Assembly: GCA_016783965.1 (NCBI GenBank) | Contig: JADHVO010000011.1 | Coordinates: forward strand, 4,229-68,228 | Length of the DNA: 64,000 nucleotides | Direction of reading: 5' to 3' | Source of the DNA: Alphaproteobacteria bacterium | GTDB lineage: Bacteria; Pseudomonadota; Alphaproteobacteria; Micropepsales; Micropepsaceae | Notes under the pieces: generated by a model | What the model was told of the DNA's origin: nothing | Seen by the model: only the letters and a program-made list of their open reading frames with translations | Database searches by the model: none | Shown: positions 8,763-17,760 of the stretch, piece after piece | Position numbering within the stretch: the stretch's first letter is position 1 | Layout: each line of letters starts with the position of its first letter | Translations under genes and position numbers: made by a program

Positions 8763-9730
8763 TAGTCCTCCTCAGCCTCGCCCTTCGAAAGATCGGCCTT
8801 GATCAGATAGCTATTTGTCGCGGCGTAGCTCTCGCCGGCAGCGATGCCCTCAAGGATCTCGACCGCCGTACGAGAACGCTGACCGACCTTCACTTCACGC
8901 GGCTCGAAGCCCGTATCGGTTACGACAAACACGACCTGCTTGCCGCCGATGACCTGGATGGCGGCGGGTGCGACTGCGACTGCCGCTTCGACCTGCGAGA
9001 TCACGACGTCCGCGGTCGCGAATTGCCCTGCTATCCATTGCGCCGCGGAATTGTCGAGGACGGCGCGCGCGACGACGCTTTGGCTATCTGTGCTGCCGGA
9101 TGGCGCCACATAGGTGAGCGTGGTGTCGAGCGCCGCGCTGCTATCCGAGCCATTGATGTGGACGGCCTGGCCGGGCCGCACGCGCGCCAGATCGCGCGCG
9201 AAGACCGCGAATTCGGCCCAGACTGTCTTCAGATCCACGATCTTCATGAGGATCGTGTCGCTGCCGACCGACTCGCCCGGGTTGGCGGACCGCTCGAGCA
9301 CCCGGCCTGCAATCGGCGAGCGAATGCCATAGGTTTGAAGGCTTTCGTTGGCTTCGACCGTGACAAGCGTCTCGCCCGCCGAAACCGGGTCGCCGGCGCG
9401 TTTCGAGACCAGGCGAACAATCCCCGGATACCGTGCGCGCAGCTCCTGCTCGCGCTCGGCGTTCGGCTTGATCGAGCCATAAAGCGTAACGGTCGTCTCG
9501 ATCGTCGCGGGCCCTGCGACCTGCGTGGTGATGCCGGCCGCACGCGCGGCATCGGGGGTGATGGCAATCCCGCTAGAGGGAAGGGGAGCGGGGCGCGCGG
9601 CAGACGTTGCGCTGGTCTCGTCGCCACCAAACAAGGTGAACAGAAGAAGGAGAAGGAGAACGACGCCGGCGAAGGCAGCTGGCACCCACACGCGGGGCAA
9701 GAGGAGGGCAGGCGGAATCGAGACTCTCAT
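8762..9730 (-). CDS. czcB: RND periplasmic adaptor (membrane fusion protein), CzcB-like
   Basis: The likely start is the internal ATG at 9730 (MRVSIPPALLL..., TM anchor), which forms an ATGA overlap with the czcC stop. The longer track ORF (to 9985) is Arg-rich junk. Confidence 0.9.
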   Translation of the reverse strand: MRVSIPPALLLPRVWVPAAFAGVVLLLLLLFTLFGGDETSATSAARPAPLPSSGIAITPDAARAAGITTQVAGPATIETTVTLYGSIKPNAEREQELRARYPGIVRLVSKRAGDPVSAGETLVTVEANESLQTYGIRSPIAGRVLERSANPGESVGSDTILMKIVDLKTVWAEFAVFARDLARVRPGQAVHINGSDSSAALDTTLTYVAPSGSTDSQSVVARAVLDNSAAQWIAGQFATADVVISQVEAAVAVAPAAIQVIGGKQVVFVVTDTGFEPREVKVGQRSRTAVEILEGIAAGESYAATNSYLIKADLSKGEAEED

Positions 9731-11025
9731 GGCGCACCATTGGCATCGGCGAGTTGAAGGGCATGGCCGGTCAGACGTTCGACACGGGCGCGCGCCTCCT
9801 GAAGGCGCACCAGCGCAGCGAGAAGCGCCCCGCGCGTTTCGAAAAACGCGCGCTGGGCGTCGAGCACGTCGAGATAGCGAAAGCCGCCCTGGCGAAAACC
9901 TGCGAGCGCGAGATTGAACGCGCGTTCGGCCTGCGGCAGCGCCTCGGCCCGCAGTTTCTGGATTTCGATCCAGGCGCTTTTCCATTCAGTCCAGGCATCG
10001 ACAAGTTGCTGCGAGCGCTCAAGCTGCGCCGCGCGCAATTCGCTGGCCATGCGCCGCACCTCGGCGCTGGCGCGCGCTATTTCGCCCTGATTTTGATTCC
10101 AGACGGGAATGGGAAGGGAGATGCCGGCGACGACTGCCGTATCGTTGCTGCCGGGAAACTGCCGTACGCCGACATTGGCGCGAAGGTCGGGGACGTTGGC
10201 CGCTTCCGCCAGCGCGAGATCGGCCTGACGCGCTTCGCGCAGGCGCTCAAAGCGCACGATGTCCGGTGTCTTCGTTAGCCGCGTCTCATAAACCGGCAGG
10301 GCCGCAGGAGCATCAGCCGCAAAGAGCGTGTCGCTCGCGAGCTCTTCGGTCACCGTCGTCGCGTTCCAGTACCGCGCGAGCCGCTCGCGGCCGCCGCGCA
10401 GTGCCTCTTCGGCACGCTGACGTGCAATGGTCGCCGTTGTCAGTGCGACTTCCGCGCGGCTCTTTTGAAAGAGCGGATCCTTGGCCGCGGCGACGCGCCG
10501 CGAGACATCCTCAAGAACCTTTTGCGCGGTGGCTTCAAGGTCTCGCGCGAGTCGCAGGTTCTGCTCGGCAGCGACGACCGCGGCATAAGCCATCGTGACG
10601 TCGCGGATCAGGTCAAGCTTCGCCGCGTCGAGATCGGTTTCCGCGGCGCGGCGCTCGGCAGCGGCCGCTGCCTGACGTGCCTCGCGTTTACCGCCTAGCT
10701 CGATGAATTGTGAAATGCCGTAGGTTAGTTCGGCATTGGCGATGCCGCCGTAAGGACCCGTTCCCGCGATATTTTCGGCACCGAGCGACACTTCAGGGTT
10801 GGGAAACAGATGTGCCTGGCGCTCCGTGCCCGCGGCCGCGGCGACGGTCGAGCGTGACGCGTCGAGCCGCGGCGACGCGGCAACGGCACGGCCAATGGCC
10901 TCCTCGAGCGTGAGAATTGGCGCGTTCGGAGATGGCGCAACGGTCTCTGCCCGCGACGGGAGTGCGAAAAGGACCAGTAAGGTCGTGAGAAGCGGACCGG
11001 CAAGACCGCGGAATCGTAACGTCAT
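9727..11025 (-). CDS. czcC: outer-membrane efflux protein (TolC family), CzcC-like
   Basis: Signal peptide MTLRFRGLAGPLLTTLLVLFALPSRAE starts at ATG 11025, preceded by a GGTGAG Shine-Dalgarno. Paired coiled-coil/OEP repeats. Confidence 0.9.
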   Translation of the reverse strand: MTLRFRGLAGPLLTTLLVLFALPSRAETVAPSPNAPILTLEEAIGRAVAASPRLDASRSTVAAAAGTERQAHLFPNPEVSLGAENIAGTGPYGGIANAELTYGISQFIELGGKREARQAAAAAERRAAETDLDAAKLDLIRDVTMAYAAVVAAEQNLRLARDLEATAQKVLEDVSRRVAAAKDPLFQKSRAEVALTTATIARQRAEEALRGGRERLARYWNATTVTEELASDTLFAADAPAALPVYETRLTKTPDIVRFERLREARQADLALAEAANVPDLRANVGVRQFPGSNDTAVVAGISLPIPVWNQNQGEIARASAEVRRMASELRAAQLERSQQLVDAWTEWKSAWIEIQKLRAEALPQAERAFNLALAGFRQGGFRYLDVLDAQRAFFETRGALLAALVRLQEARARVERLTGHALQLADANGAP

Positions 11026-11130
11026 AAGGCTCACCAACTCCCCGGCGGCGCCGAAGCGCCCGACCGGCATGCAATCATGAAAGGACCCGCGCGCCGGGGC
11101 GCGCAGGTGGGTCAATCGGGATTGCGGGAG

Positions 11131-11460
11131 TTAAATGAGAAGGACGGTGACGCTGCGATGCGCGAGCGCGGTGTTGCGCGCATTGGCGGCAACGAAAGCG
11201 CGGCCACCTTCGCTCTTCTTGAAAAGCAGCGATGGCAGCGCGCGGGAATCGGCGATCGATGCGAGCGCAACGAACTCGCCGTTGCCGGCCCCGCTCGCCG
11301 CGCCATCGATGTGGGCGCTGTTTCGGGAGGCCAGCGCCTGCGTGTCGCCAAGGACGGTTCGCGCGATCCGCGCGGTAAGGTGATCGTCGTGGCAAGGCGG
11401 GCGAAATTTGCAATTGGCAATATGCACCGCAAAGAACAGCGTCAGAACTGCCACGAACAT
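11131..11460 (-). CDS. small exported or TM-anchored protein, first gene of the czc-like operon
   Basis: From the internal Met: MFVAVLTLFFAVHIANCKFRPPCHDDH..., a hydrophobic N-terminus followed by a Cys/His patch. The upstream ATG at 11526 lies only about 8 nt after the predicted -10. Confidence 0.3.
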   Translation of the reverse strand: MFVAVLTLFFAVHIANCKFRPPCHDDHLTARIARTVLGDTQALASRNSAHIDGAASGAGNGEFVALASIADSRALPSLLFKKSEGGRAFVAANARNTALAHRSVTVLLI

Positions 11461-11534
11461 CGTGGTGCCTGTGCGGAAGATGTGCTTCGCGCGCGCCGTC
11501 AGAGAAGGGTGATTTGCCGGTTGCATGACACGCA

Positions 11535-11565
11535 GACCTAAACCCTAAAGCCCCTATAGGGTCAA
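11535..11565 (-). promoter_or_regulatory. MerR-type promoter with 19-bp spacer and internal operator palindrome
   Basis: Minus strand reads TTGACC-(19 nt)-TAGGTC. The spacer contains ACCCTATAG-GGG-CTTTAGGGT (nt 11542-11562), with 8 of 9 arm positions complementary. A MerR-family gene lies divergently. Confidence 0.6.
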
Positions 11566-11628
11566 CACGAAAGTTTTCTTGCCCATAAACAACGGCTTTT
11601 CTATGAGTATGAGAGGGTGGGCTTAACG

Positions 11629-12111
11629 ATGACGCTTCAATTTTTCTCGATCGGCGATCTCGCGCAACGCTCGATGACGAACGCGCAGACCATCCGCTAT
11701 TACGAACAGCAAGCTCTGATGCCGGCGCCTGGTCGCACCAGCGGTGGCCAGCGGCGCTATACAAAGCGTCATGCCGACCGTCTCGCTTTTATCCGGCACG
11801 CGCGTGAATTGGGATTCGGTCTTGAAGCAGTGCGGGAGTTGCTTCGTCTGGTCGACGAGCGCGCGCCGTCTTGTGCACGGGTTGACGGTGTCGCGCAGGA
11901 GGTACTCACGGATGTCGAGACGAAGATCACGCGGCTTGAGGCTTTGCGTGCCGAACTCCAGCGCATGATCCGTCAATGCCGCCGCGGCCGGGTCGAACAA
12001 TGCCGCGTCGTCGAGGTGCTGGCGGACCACACGCACTCCCAGTGCCTGACGAGCGATCATGGGGCCGCGGGTCTGCGTCAAACGCCCGCTCCGAGAAAGA
12101 GGCGGGCATGA
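11629..12111 (+). CDS. MerR-family heavy-metal-responsive regulator (CadR/ZntR/PbrR-like)
   Basis: HTH IGDLAQRSMTNAQTIRYYEQQ. Cys82 plus C117-x7-C125 is typical of divalent-metal MerR regulators. Confidence 0.9.
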   Translation: MTLQFFSIGDLAQRSMTNAQTIRYYEQQALMPAPGRTSGGQRRYTKRHADRLAFIRHARELGFGLEAVRELLRLVDERAPSCARVDGVAQEVLTDVETKITRLEALRAELQRMIRQCRRGRVEQCRVVEVLADHTHSQCLTSDHGAAGLRQTPAPRKRRA

Positions 12112-13055
12112 GCCACGCGCACGATCACGGGAGCGAGCCCGCCGGCCATAGCCATGGTCACACCCATGCACCGCCCAAGGATTTCTCGGCGGCTTTCAAG
12201 ATCGGGATCGGGCTCAGCCTGACGATTGTCGTTCTACAGGCGGTGTTCGGCTATGTCGCCAACTCCATGGCGCTGATGGCGGACGCCGGACATAATCTGA
12301 GCGATGTTCTCAGCCTCGTTGTTGCCTGGGGCGCCGCCAATCTTGCACGGCGGCCGGCGACTGAGCGCTACACCTACGGCCTTCGCGGCTCCTCGATCAT
12401 TGCAGCGCTCTTCAATGCCGTTTTTCTTCTCGTTGTGATGGGCGGTATTTCCTGGGAAGCCATCCGGCGCTTTTATGAGCCGGCCGTCGTCGAAGGCCGT
12501 ATCGTCATGGCGGTCGCGGCCGCTGGGATCGTCATAAGCGGCTTCAGCGCTTATCTCTTCGCGTCGGGACGCGATCGCGATCTCAACTTGCGCGGCGCCT
12601 TTCTTCACATGCTCTCGGACGCTCTCGTTTCTGTCGGCGTGGTCGTTGCCGGCGGCCTGATCGCACTTACGGGGTGGCATTGGCTTGATCCCGCCGTCAC
12701 TCTCGTGATCGTCGCCGTCATCGTCTATGGGACATGGGGGCTTCTCAGAGAGTCGGTCGGCATGGCCTTGGCTGGCGTTCCCGCCGGCATTGATGCGGGC
12801 AAGGTCGCCACCTATCTGTCGGGGCTGCCGGGCGTTTCCCGAATCCACGATCTCCATATTTGGCCGATGAGCACGACTGAAGTCGCGCTGACCTGCCATC
12901 TCGTCATGCCGGGCGGCCATCCCGGCGACGGCTTTACCATGGACGCTGCCAAGGCCTTGCATGACACGTTTGCGATCGAGCATACGACGCTGCAGATCGA
13001 GCTGTCGGAAGATGCGGACTGCGCCTTAGAGCAGGGCCATGCCACACCGGCTTAG
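12108..13055 (+). CDS. czcD: cation diffusion facilitator (CzcD-like) exporter
   Basis: His-rich N-terminus MSHAHDHGSEPAGHSHGHTH, six TM helices and CDF motifs (HNLSDVLS, HMLSDALVS). ATGA overlap with the merR-like stop. Confidence 0.95.
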   Translation: MSHAHDHGSEPAGHSHGHTHAPPKDFSAAFKIGIGLSLTIVVLQAVFGYVANSMALMADAGHNLSDVLSLVVAWGAANLARRPATERYTYGLRGSSIIAALFNAVFLLVVMGGISWEAIRRFYEPAVVEGRIVMAVAAAGIVISGFSAYLFASGRDRDLNLRGAFLHMLSDALVSVGVVVAGGLIALTGWHWLDPAVTLVIVAVIVYGTWGLLRESVGMALAGVPAGIDAGKVATYLSGLPGVSRIHDLHIWPMSTTEVALTCHLVMPGGHPGDGFTMDAAKALHDTFAIEHTTLQIELSEDADCALEQGHATPA

Positions 13056-13570
13056 ATTGGAAAGCGGAGCGCGACCAGGGCCGCGAAGGCCGCGACGACG
13101 AGGCTCGGAACCGTGCCGACAATGAAGCCGCGGAAGTGACGATTATGGTCGATCGCATGCGGAAGCGTCTCGGCGCCGGGCATCAGAGCCCAGCGGGGTT
13201 GAATGCGGCCGAGCCATAATTCGTCGAGGATCAGCCAGTCGGTGACATTGAAAACTGTGGCGACAGCGAAGCCATGCAGGAAAAAGCCTATGAAGCCGGA
13301 GGTGTGCACGGCCTGATAGTGCCGGATGGACAGATAGACGCCCGTCCAGAGAATCGTGAACAGGCCGAAGCCGAGAAAGGCGATCGCAAATCTCTCGACA
13401 CGCGTGTTGGGCGCCACGGCGTTGCGGATGAGATCAGGATACTGGCGCAGAAAAAGCCGCGGATTGAGCCTGAGCAGACCCATAACATAAAAGGCCAAAA
13501 CGGCGGCAAGGATGCCGCCATCGCGCAGGATCAAAGCGTAGTCGAGTGTGGGCAGGGCGGCGCGCCTCAT
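13052..13570 (-). CDS. hypothetical polytopic membrane protein
   Basis: 172 aa with 4-5 hydrophobic helices. Convergent with czcD with a 4-nt overlap. Confidence 0.5.
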   Translation of the reverse strand: MRRAALPTLDYALILRDGGILAAVLAFYVMGLLRLNPRLFLRQYPDLIRNAVAPNTRVERFAIAFLGFGLFTILWTGVYLSIRHYQAVHTSGFIGFFLHGFAVATVFNVTDWLILDELWLGRIQPRWALMPGAETLPHAIDHNRHFRGFIVGTVPSLVVAAFAALVALRFPI

Positions 13571-13853
13571 CGTCCGCCGGTTTTCTGCACCCTATAGCGA
13601 CTTCAGGTTCAAGTGCTCAGGCAGGCGTCCCAATCGCGTTGTGTTGCTTCCGCCGGAGTCGGGCCGAATTGTTGGAGGCCCAGCGGACGGCAGCATTTCG
13701 GGCGGCGCCGGTGGATCCGTCTGGTCGGAGCTGCCGAGGCTGCCGGGAGACCGCTACGGTTGGAAAGCGCCGCGCCCTTGCCGTACGGGCTTTTCGCGGG
13801 CCTGATCACCGAATTATAGTGCACCATAAAGGACGTTATGTTACACTAAACGG

Positions 13854-14699
13854 ATGATCGGACTTTGGGTAGCAAACCTCATTATCCCCGGCGCGCCGGA
13901 CAAGATGACCCTGAACGCTCCCCAGGGCGGCTGGGAGTTACATAAGGCGCACGACTACAGCGTCGCCGCGGCGGCTATCGCTGCCGGCAAATCCGCAAAT
14001 ACCTACGCGCTCGAAAATCCGGTCTCCATGAGAGCCGGTGGAGCCGCCGCCTGCGACGCCGCCACAGACGAACTGACGCCGCTGCTCCTTGGCGCCTCAT
14101 TTCTCACGGGTCGAGCCGTGACCTCTATTGCGAGCACCATGGCAAGCGAGATGCAGATCGTTCAGCCGAGTTCGCATTGGCCTCGCGACCGCGCCATGGA
14201 CACAGCGGCCCCGGTCGTAAGCACGGAAACGGAGTTTAGCGACCGGCTCAGCAAGTTCGTGGCCTCCTGGCCGGGGGCCGGCCAGCAAGAGAAAGCCCTC
14301 CTCCTCGTTCACCACTGGCTGGACGCGCTGTCCTGCTGGTCGCTCGAAGACCTCTATCTGAGCTCCTCTACGCTTCTTCAAATCATCGTTGCTACAGAGG
14401 AAGCCCTCACTGGGAAAAGCCATTCTTACTTTGATGGTGCGACCGCGGCGGCAGGACGCGTCGGCATCTCTCCCTTGAGCCGGGACTTCAAGGACAAGCG
14501 CAACAACCTCATCCATGAGGGCCATCTGCTTGGCCCGAAATTCGCTGGCAGATCGAAAGATGATTGCGCACAGGTCGCCGCCGACCTCCTGAATTGGTTT
14601 GACGAATATCTTCACGCGGCCCTCGCGCTTGGGACCGTCGTCCGCCAGCGATTTTCAAAGAGTGACTTCCTGACACTAAACGCTTATTCGCTGCCCTAG
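13854..14699 (+). CDS. hypothetical protein with a C-terminal HEPN-like R-x4-H motif
   Basis: DKRNNLIHEGH (RNxxxH) sits in a predicted helical C-terminal half. The stop directly abuts the recombinase ATG (TAGATG). Confidence 0.4.
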   Translation: MIGLWVANLIIPGAPDKMTLNAPQGGWELHKAHDYSVAAAAIAAGKSANTYALENPVSMRAGGAAACDAATDELTPLLLGASFLTGRAVTSIASTMASEMQIVQPSSHWPRDRAMDTAAPVVSTETEFSDRLSKFVASWPGAGQQEKALLLVHHWLDALSCWSLEDLYLSSSTLLQIIVATEEALTGKSHSYFDGATAAAGRVGISPLSRDFKDKRNNLIHEGHLLGPKFAGRSKDDCAQVAADLLNWFDEYLHAALALGTVVRQRFSKSDFLTLNAYSLP

Positions 14700-15674
14700 A
14701 TGACAAAAGCGCTCGTTGTCATCACGTCGAGTTCCGCCGCTGTTCTGCCGGCACTGATCGCCGACGCCGGCGATCAGACCGCGAAGCACTTTCTTGAATT
14801 CTTTGCAGCGACCATCCGCAACAAGAACACGCGTGAAGCCTACTACCGCGCTTGCTGCCGCTTCTTCGCCTGGTGCGAAGACCCGCGAACCGGCATCGCT
14901 TCGCTCGCAGACATCGAGCCGATCCATGTCGCCGCGCATGTCGAAGCGCTCATGAAGGATTACGAGAAGCCGACGGTAAAGCAGCACCTTGCTGCCATCC
15001 GCATGTGCTTCGACTATCTCGTGACAAAAGGCGCGATCGCGACCAATCCAGCGCATGCGGTCCGCGGGCCGAAGCACAGCGTCAAGCGCGGCAAGACTCC
15101 TGTTCTCTCGAGCGGCGATGCGCGCGACGTGCTCGATAGTATCGACACGTCGACCTTGATAGGACTACGCGACCGAGCGCTTATCGCGGTGATGACCTAC
15201 ACCTTTGCGCGCGTAAGCGCCGTCATCAAGATGAAGGGCGAGGATTACTTTCATTCCGACGATCAGTGGCGGCTTCGCCTTCACGAAAAAGGCGGAAAGC
15301 TCCACGAGGTGCCAGCTCATCTGAAGCTGAAACAGTATCTCGACGAATACATTGCCGCCGCCGGCATCGCCCGGGATAAAAAGAGCCCCCTCTTCCGCTC
15401 GGCCCGTGGCAAGACCGGTGAGCTCACATCGAAAGCCATGGCCCGCCAGGACGTCTTCCGCATGATCGGCAGGCGTGCGCCCGAGCTGCGAAAGCGCTCC
15501 AAGATCGGTTGCCATACCTTCCGGGCGACCGGCCTAACGGCCTTTCTGAACAATGGCGGTCGGCTTGAGGATGCCCAGGCGATCGCCGCGCATGAAAGCC
15601 TGCGGACAACCCAGCTTTATGATCGCCGCGACGACGAGATCACGCTTGCGCAAGTCTCCAAGATCAAGATCTGA
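14700..15674 (+). CDS. tyrosine recombinase / integrase
   Basis: N-terminal SAM-like domain (NTREAYYRACCRFFAWC). Catalytic region ...RLHEKGGK...HTFRATGLTAFL...AAHESLRTTQLYDRR provides the R..HxxR..Y residues. Confidence 0.9.
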   Translation: MTKALVVITSSSAAVLPALIADAGDQTAKHFLEFFAATIRNKNTREAYYRACCRFFAWCEDPRTGIASLADIEPIHVAAHVEALMKDYEKPTVKQHLAAIRMCFDYLVTKGAIATNPAHAVRGPKHSVKRGKTPVLSSGDARDVLDSIDTSTLIGLRDRALIAVMTYTFARVSAVIKMKGEDYFHSDDQWRLRLHEKGGKLHEVPAHLKLKQYLDEYIAAAGIARDKKSPLFRSARGKTGELTSKAMARQDVFRMIGRRAPELRKRSKIGCHTFRATGLTAFLNNGGRLEDAQAIAAHESLRTTQLYDRRDDEITLAQVSKIKI

Positions 15675-15682
15675 GGCCCGAC

Positions 15683-16228
15683 ATGGGAACGCCCATCGAC
15701 GTCGGATCGCTTGTGACCAGTAAAGTCCGCATGTTCGCCGGCAAGGCCGAGATGGGCCTCGCAACGGGCTTCTTCGTCGAGCACAAGGGCCAGCTCTATC
15801 TGGTCACCAATTGGCATGTTGTGACTGGCCGGCACTTCCAAACCGGCAAGGTCATCGACGAGCAGAACGCCGCGATCCCGGACCGCATTCGGTTCCTGGC
15901 ACCCTGCAAGGGCGCGGTCGGCGAATGGATGGAGGTCGACTGGCTCCTCTATTCCGATGCCAATGAGACGCGCACGCCGATGAAACCTGTCTGGCTCGAG
16001 CACGGCGTGCACCATCATAAAATTGATGTCGTCGCCATCCCGATCAAGCTGCCAGAAGGCGCTACGGCGCACACCATTGATAAGGTCAACACTGTTCCGA
16101 AAATGCTCCTCACCGTCTCTCGTGACGTCTTTGTTCTCGGTTATCCGAGGGGCATCGATGGCGGCCGTGGATTTCCGATCTGGAAACGCGGCAGCATCGC
16201 ATCCGAGCCTGATATCCAGTTGGACAGA
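15683..16228 (+). pseudogene. trypsin-like (S1) serine protease, 3'-truncated
   Basis: GFFVEHKGQLYLVTNWHVV (His) and IDVVAIPI (Asp) are present. The reading becomes Arg/Pro/Ser junk after ...WKRGSIASEPDIQLD, and no GxSGxP serine motif follows. Confidence 0.6.
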
Positions 16229-16505
16229 TGTCGGGGCCGGTGTCCCGCTCCGTCTTCGTCAGCTCCGACCGCGGCCTCACGTTCTTGCCGGCCTCGAGCA
16301 GGCTGACCGTGAGGTACATCTCCCAAAAATGCTCATCGGGTTTGCGGGCGAGCTTCGCCGCGAAGTCCTTGTCGGCGTAGGGCTCGTACTTCGCCCACAG
16401 CGCCTCAAGCGCGGCGTTGATCGCCTGCTCGTCCTTATGCTTTTGCGCCCGGAGGTTCATGTAACCGAGGTCTGCGTCAGGGGGCGCGGCAGCGAATAGC
16501 GACAT
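16226..16505 (-). pseudogene. 5' fragment of a nuclease-like gene (WEMYL...PD motif), 3'-truncated at the same junction
   Basis: The sensible sequence MSLFAAAPPDADLGYMNLRAQKHKDEQ...FWEMYLTVSLLEAGK...TERDTGPDI degenerates into CPTGYQARMRCCR. Confidence 0.5.
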
Positions 16506-16519
16506 GGCGCGTCCCCTTC

Positions 16520-16777
16520 CTAAGACCGCATCCCGGTCAGAACCTGGCTCTGGAAGCCGGTACGCGGATTGGCGTCAAAATTCCGCGCGGTCATGCCGTC
16601 GATCTCGGCGCCGACGGCCGATTGGTCGATCTCGATGCCTGAATTCTCGATCACCTCGCCGCCGACCCGGGCGACTGCCTCGCGGGTCCCGTAGCGGCGC
16701 GAGACCTTACGCTCGTCGTTCGAGATGTCGTATTTGGTCCAGCGATAGACGGTGACGCGGCTCACGGCTTCCGCCAC
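16520..16777 (-). CDS. hypothetical small protein
   Basis: 85 aa. Overlaps the DUF2188-like gene by 16 nt, so they appear to share an operon. Confidence 0.35.
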   Translation of the reverse strand: MAEAVSRVTVYRWTKYDISNDERKVSRRYGTREAVARVGGEVIENSGIEIDQSAVGAEIDGMTARNFDANPRTGFQSQVLTGMRS

Positions 16778-16977
16778 TTGTCGCGGCGGCCGACATTCGT
16801 GTTGCGGACACGCTCGACGAGGATCGTGGCGTTGGGGTTGAGCGCGCGGGCGCGCTCGATCGCTTCCTTTTGCGTCTCTTCGACGGCACTGGCGCGGTCG
16901 GCGCCGCCGCGGCGAACTGCAAAATCGCCCTGATCGCGTTGTTCGATGTAGAGGCGGTCGTTATTGTCGTTCGGCAC
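16762..16977 (-). CDS. DUF2188-like small protein
   Basis: 71 aa. ...GDFAVRRGGADRASAVEETQKEAIERARAL... matches my recollection of the DUF2188 pattern. Confidence 0.55.
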   Translation of the reverse strand: MPNDNNDRLYIEQRDQGDFAVRRGGADRASAVEETQKEAIERARALNPNATILVERVRNTNVGRRDKWRKP

Positions 16978-17121
16978 TTTGAAATATCCTTTCGTGATGC
17001 GGCAGAAAATGCAGACCCCTCGCCCCGCAAATGGTGATCCGCCGCAATCGTTTCAAGGTGCTCTGGCGATCTTCGAGATCACGCCTGAGCCAATGGGCTG
17101 ACCGCAGCCAGGGGGACCGCG

Positions 17122-17694
17122 TTGCCTCGGATCGCCTGCGTTTCAAGAATCGACGAGTTCGGCGACCCAGCGCCCGACATTGCGGTCTTTCCGGAATATA
17201 CGAGCGAAGCGGGCGTGATGCTCGCCGCCCGGCTCTATCCCGACACCGTTATCGTCGCCGCAATTCGGCAAGGCCGCTTCAATAGAGGCTTCCTCCTTCA
17301 CAGAGGGCGCAACCTGGTCAACTACCGGAAGGCTGATAGCGACGGCACGACGGACGGCGCCGGGATTCCAGCCGAGATTCCCTTCGCACAGATCGGCGAT
17401 TTCGCCGTCGCCATGCTGATTTGCAAAGACGTCGACGTGAGCGACTTTTTGAATGCAACTGTCGCCCGACTACGGGCGGCTAACGCCCTATATAAGGTGC
17501 TGTGCATCCCGGCCTACATGGGCTCCTGGTGGTTTCAGGGGATGGATAACCCCCTGCCCCAGTTCGCCGGCGTCACGACGGCTCTCTGCAACCACCCGGA
17601 TCGCGAAGGACGCGCCCGAAGTTTCATCCGCGATTCCGGCTGGCGTCCGCTGGCGCTTCAGGCCGACCGCGAACCGATCGTCGCTACTGTTTGA
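17122..17694 (+). CDS. compact nitrilase/CN-hydrolase-fold-like protein (E-K-C pattern)
   Basis: 190 aa with a TTG start. It carries IAVFPEY (Glu), NYRKAD (Lys) and MLICKD (Cys) in the canonical order. The call is motif-level only. Confidence 0.45.
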   Translation: MPRIACVSRIDEFGDPAPDIAVFPEYTSEAGVMLAARLYPDTVIVAAIRQGRFNRGFLLHRGRNLVNYRKADSDGTTDGAGIPAEIPFAQIGDFAVAMLICKDVDVSDFLNATVARLRAANALYKVLCIPAYMGSWWFQGMDNPLPQFAGVTTALCNHPDREGRARSFIRDSGWRPLALQADREPIVATV

Positions 17695-17760
17695 CCAAGC
17701 CGTGGGCCAGCTGGCGCTCCTGCCGCGCATGTTCCGACGCTAGATCTGTGGCCGGGCAGT

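Noticed and set aside
13839-14684. 10-nt repeat ACACTAAACG at 13842 and 14675 as possible att sites flanking the HEPN-like gene
   Set aside because: Exact 10-mers recur by chance many times in 64 kb. The second copy is inside coding sequence, and there is no extended flanking similarity.
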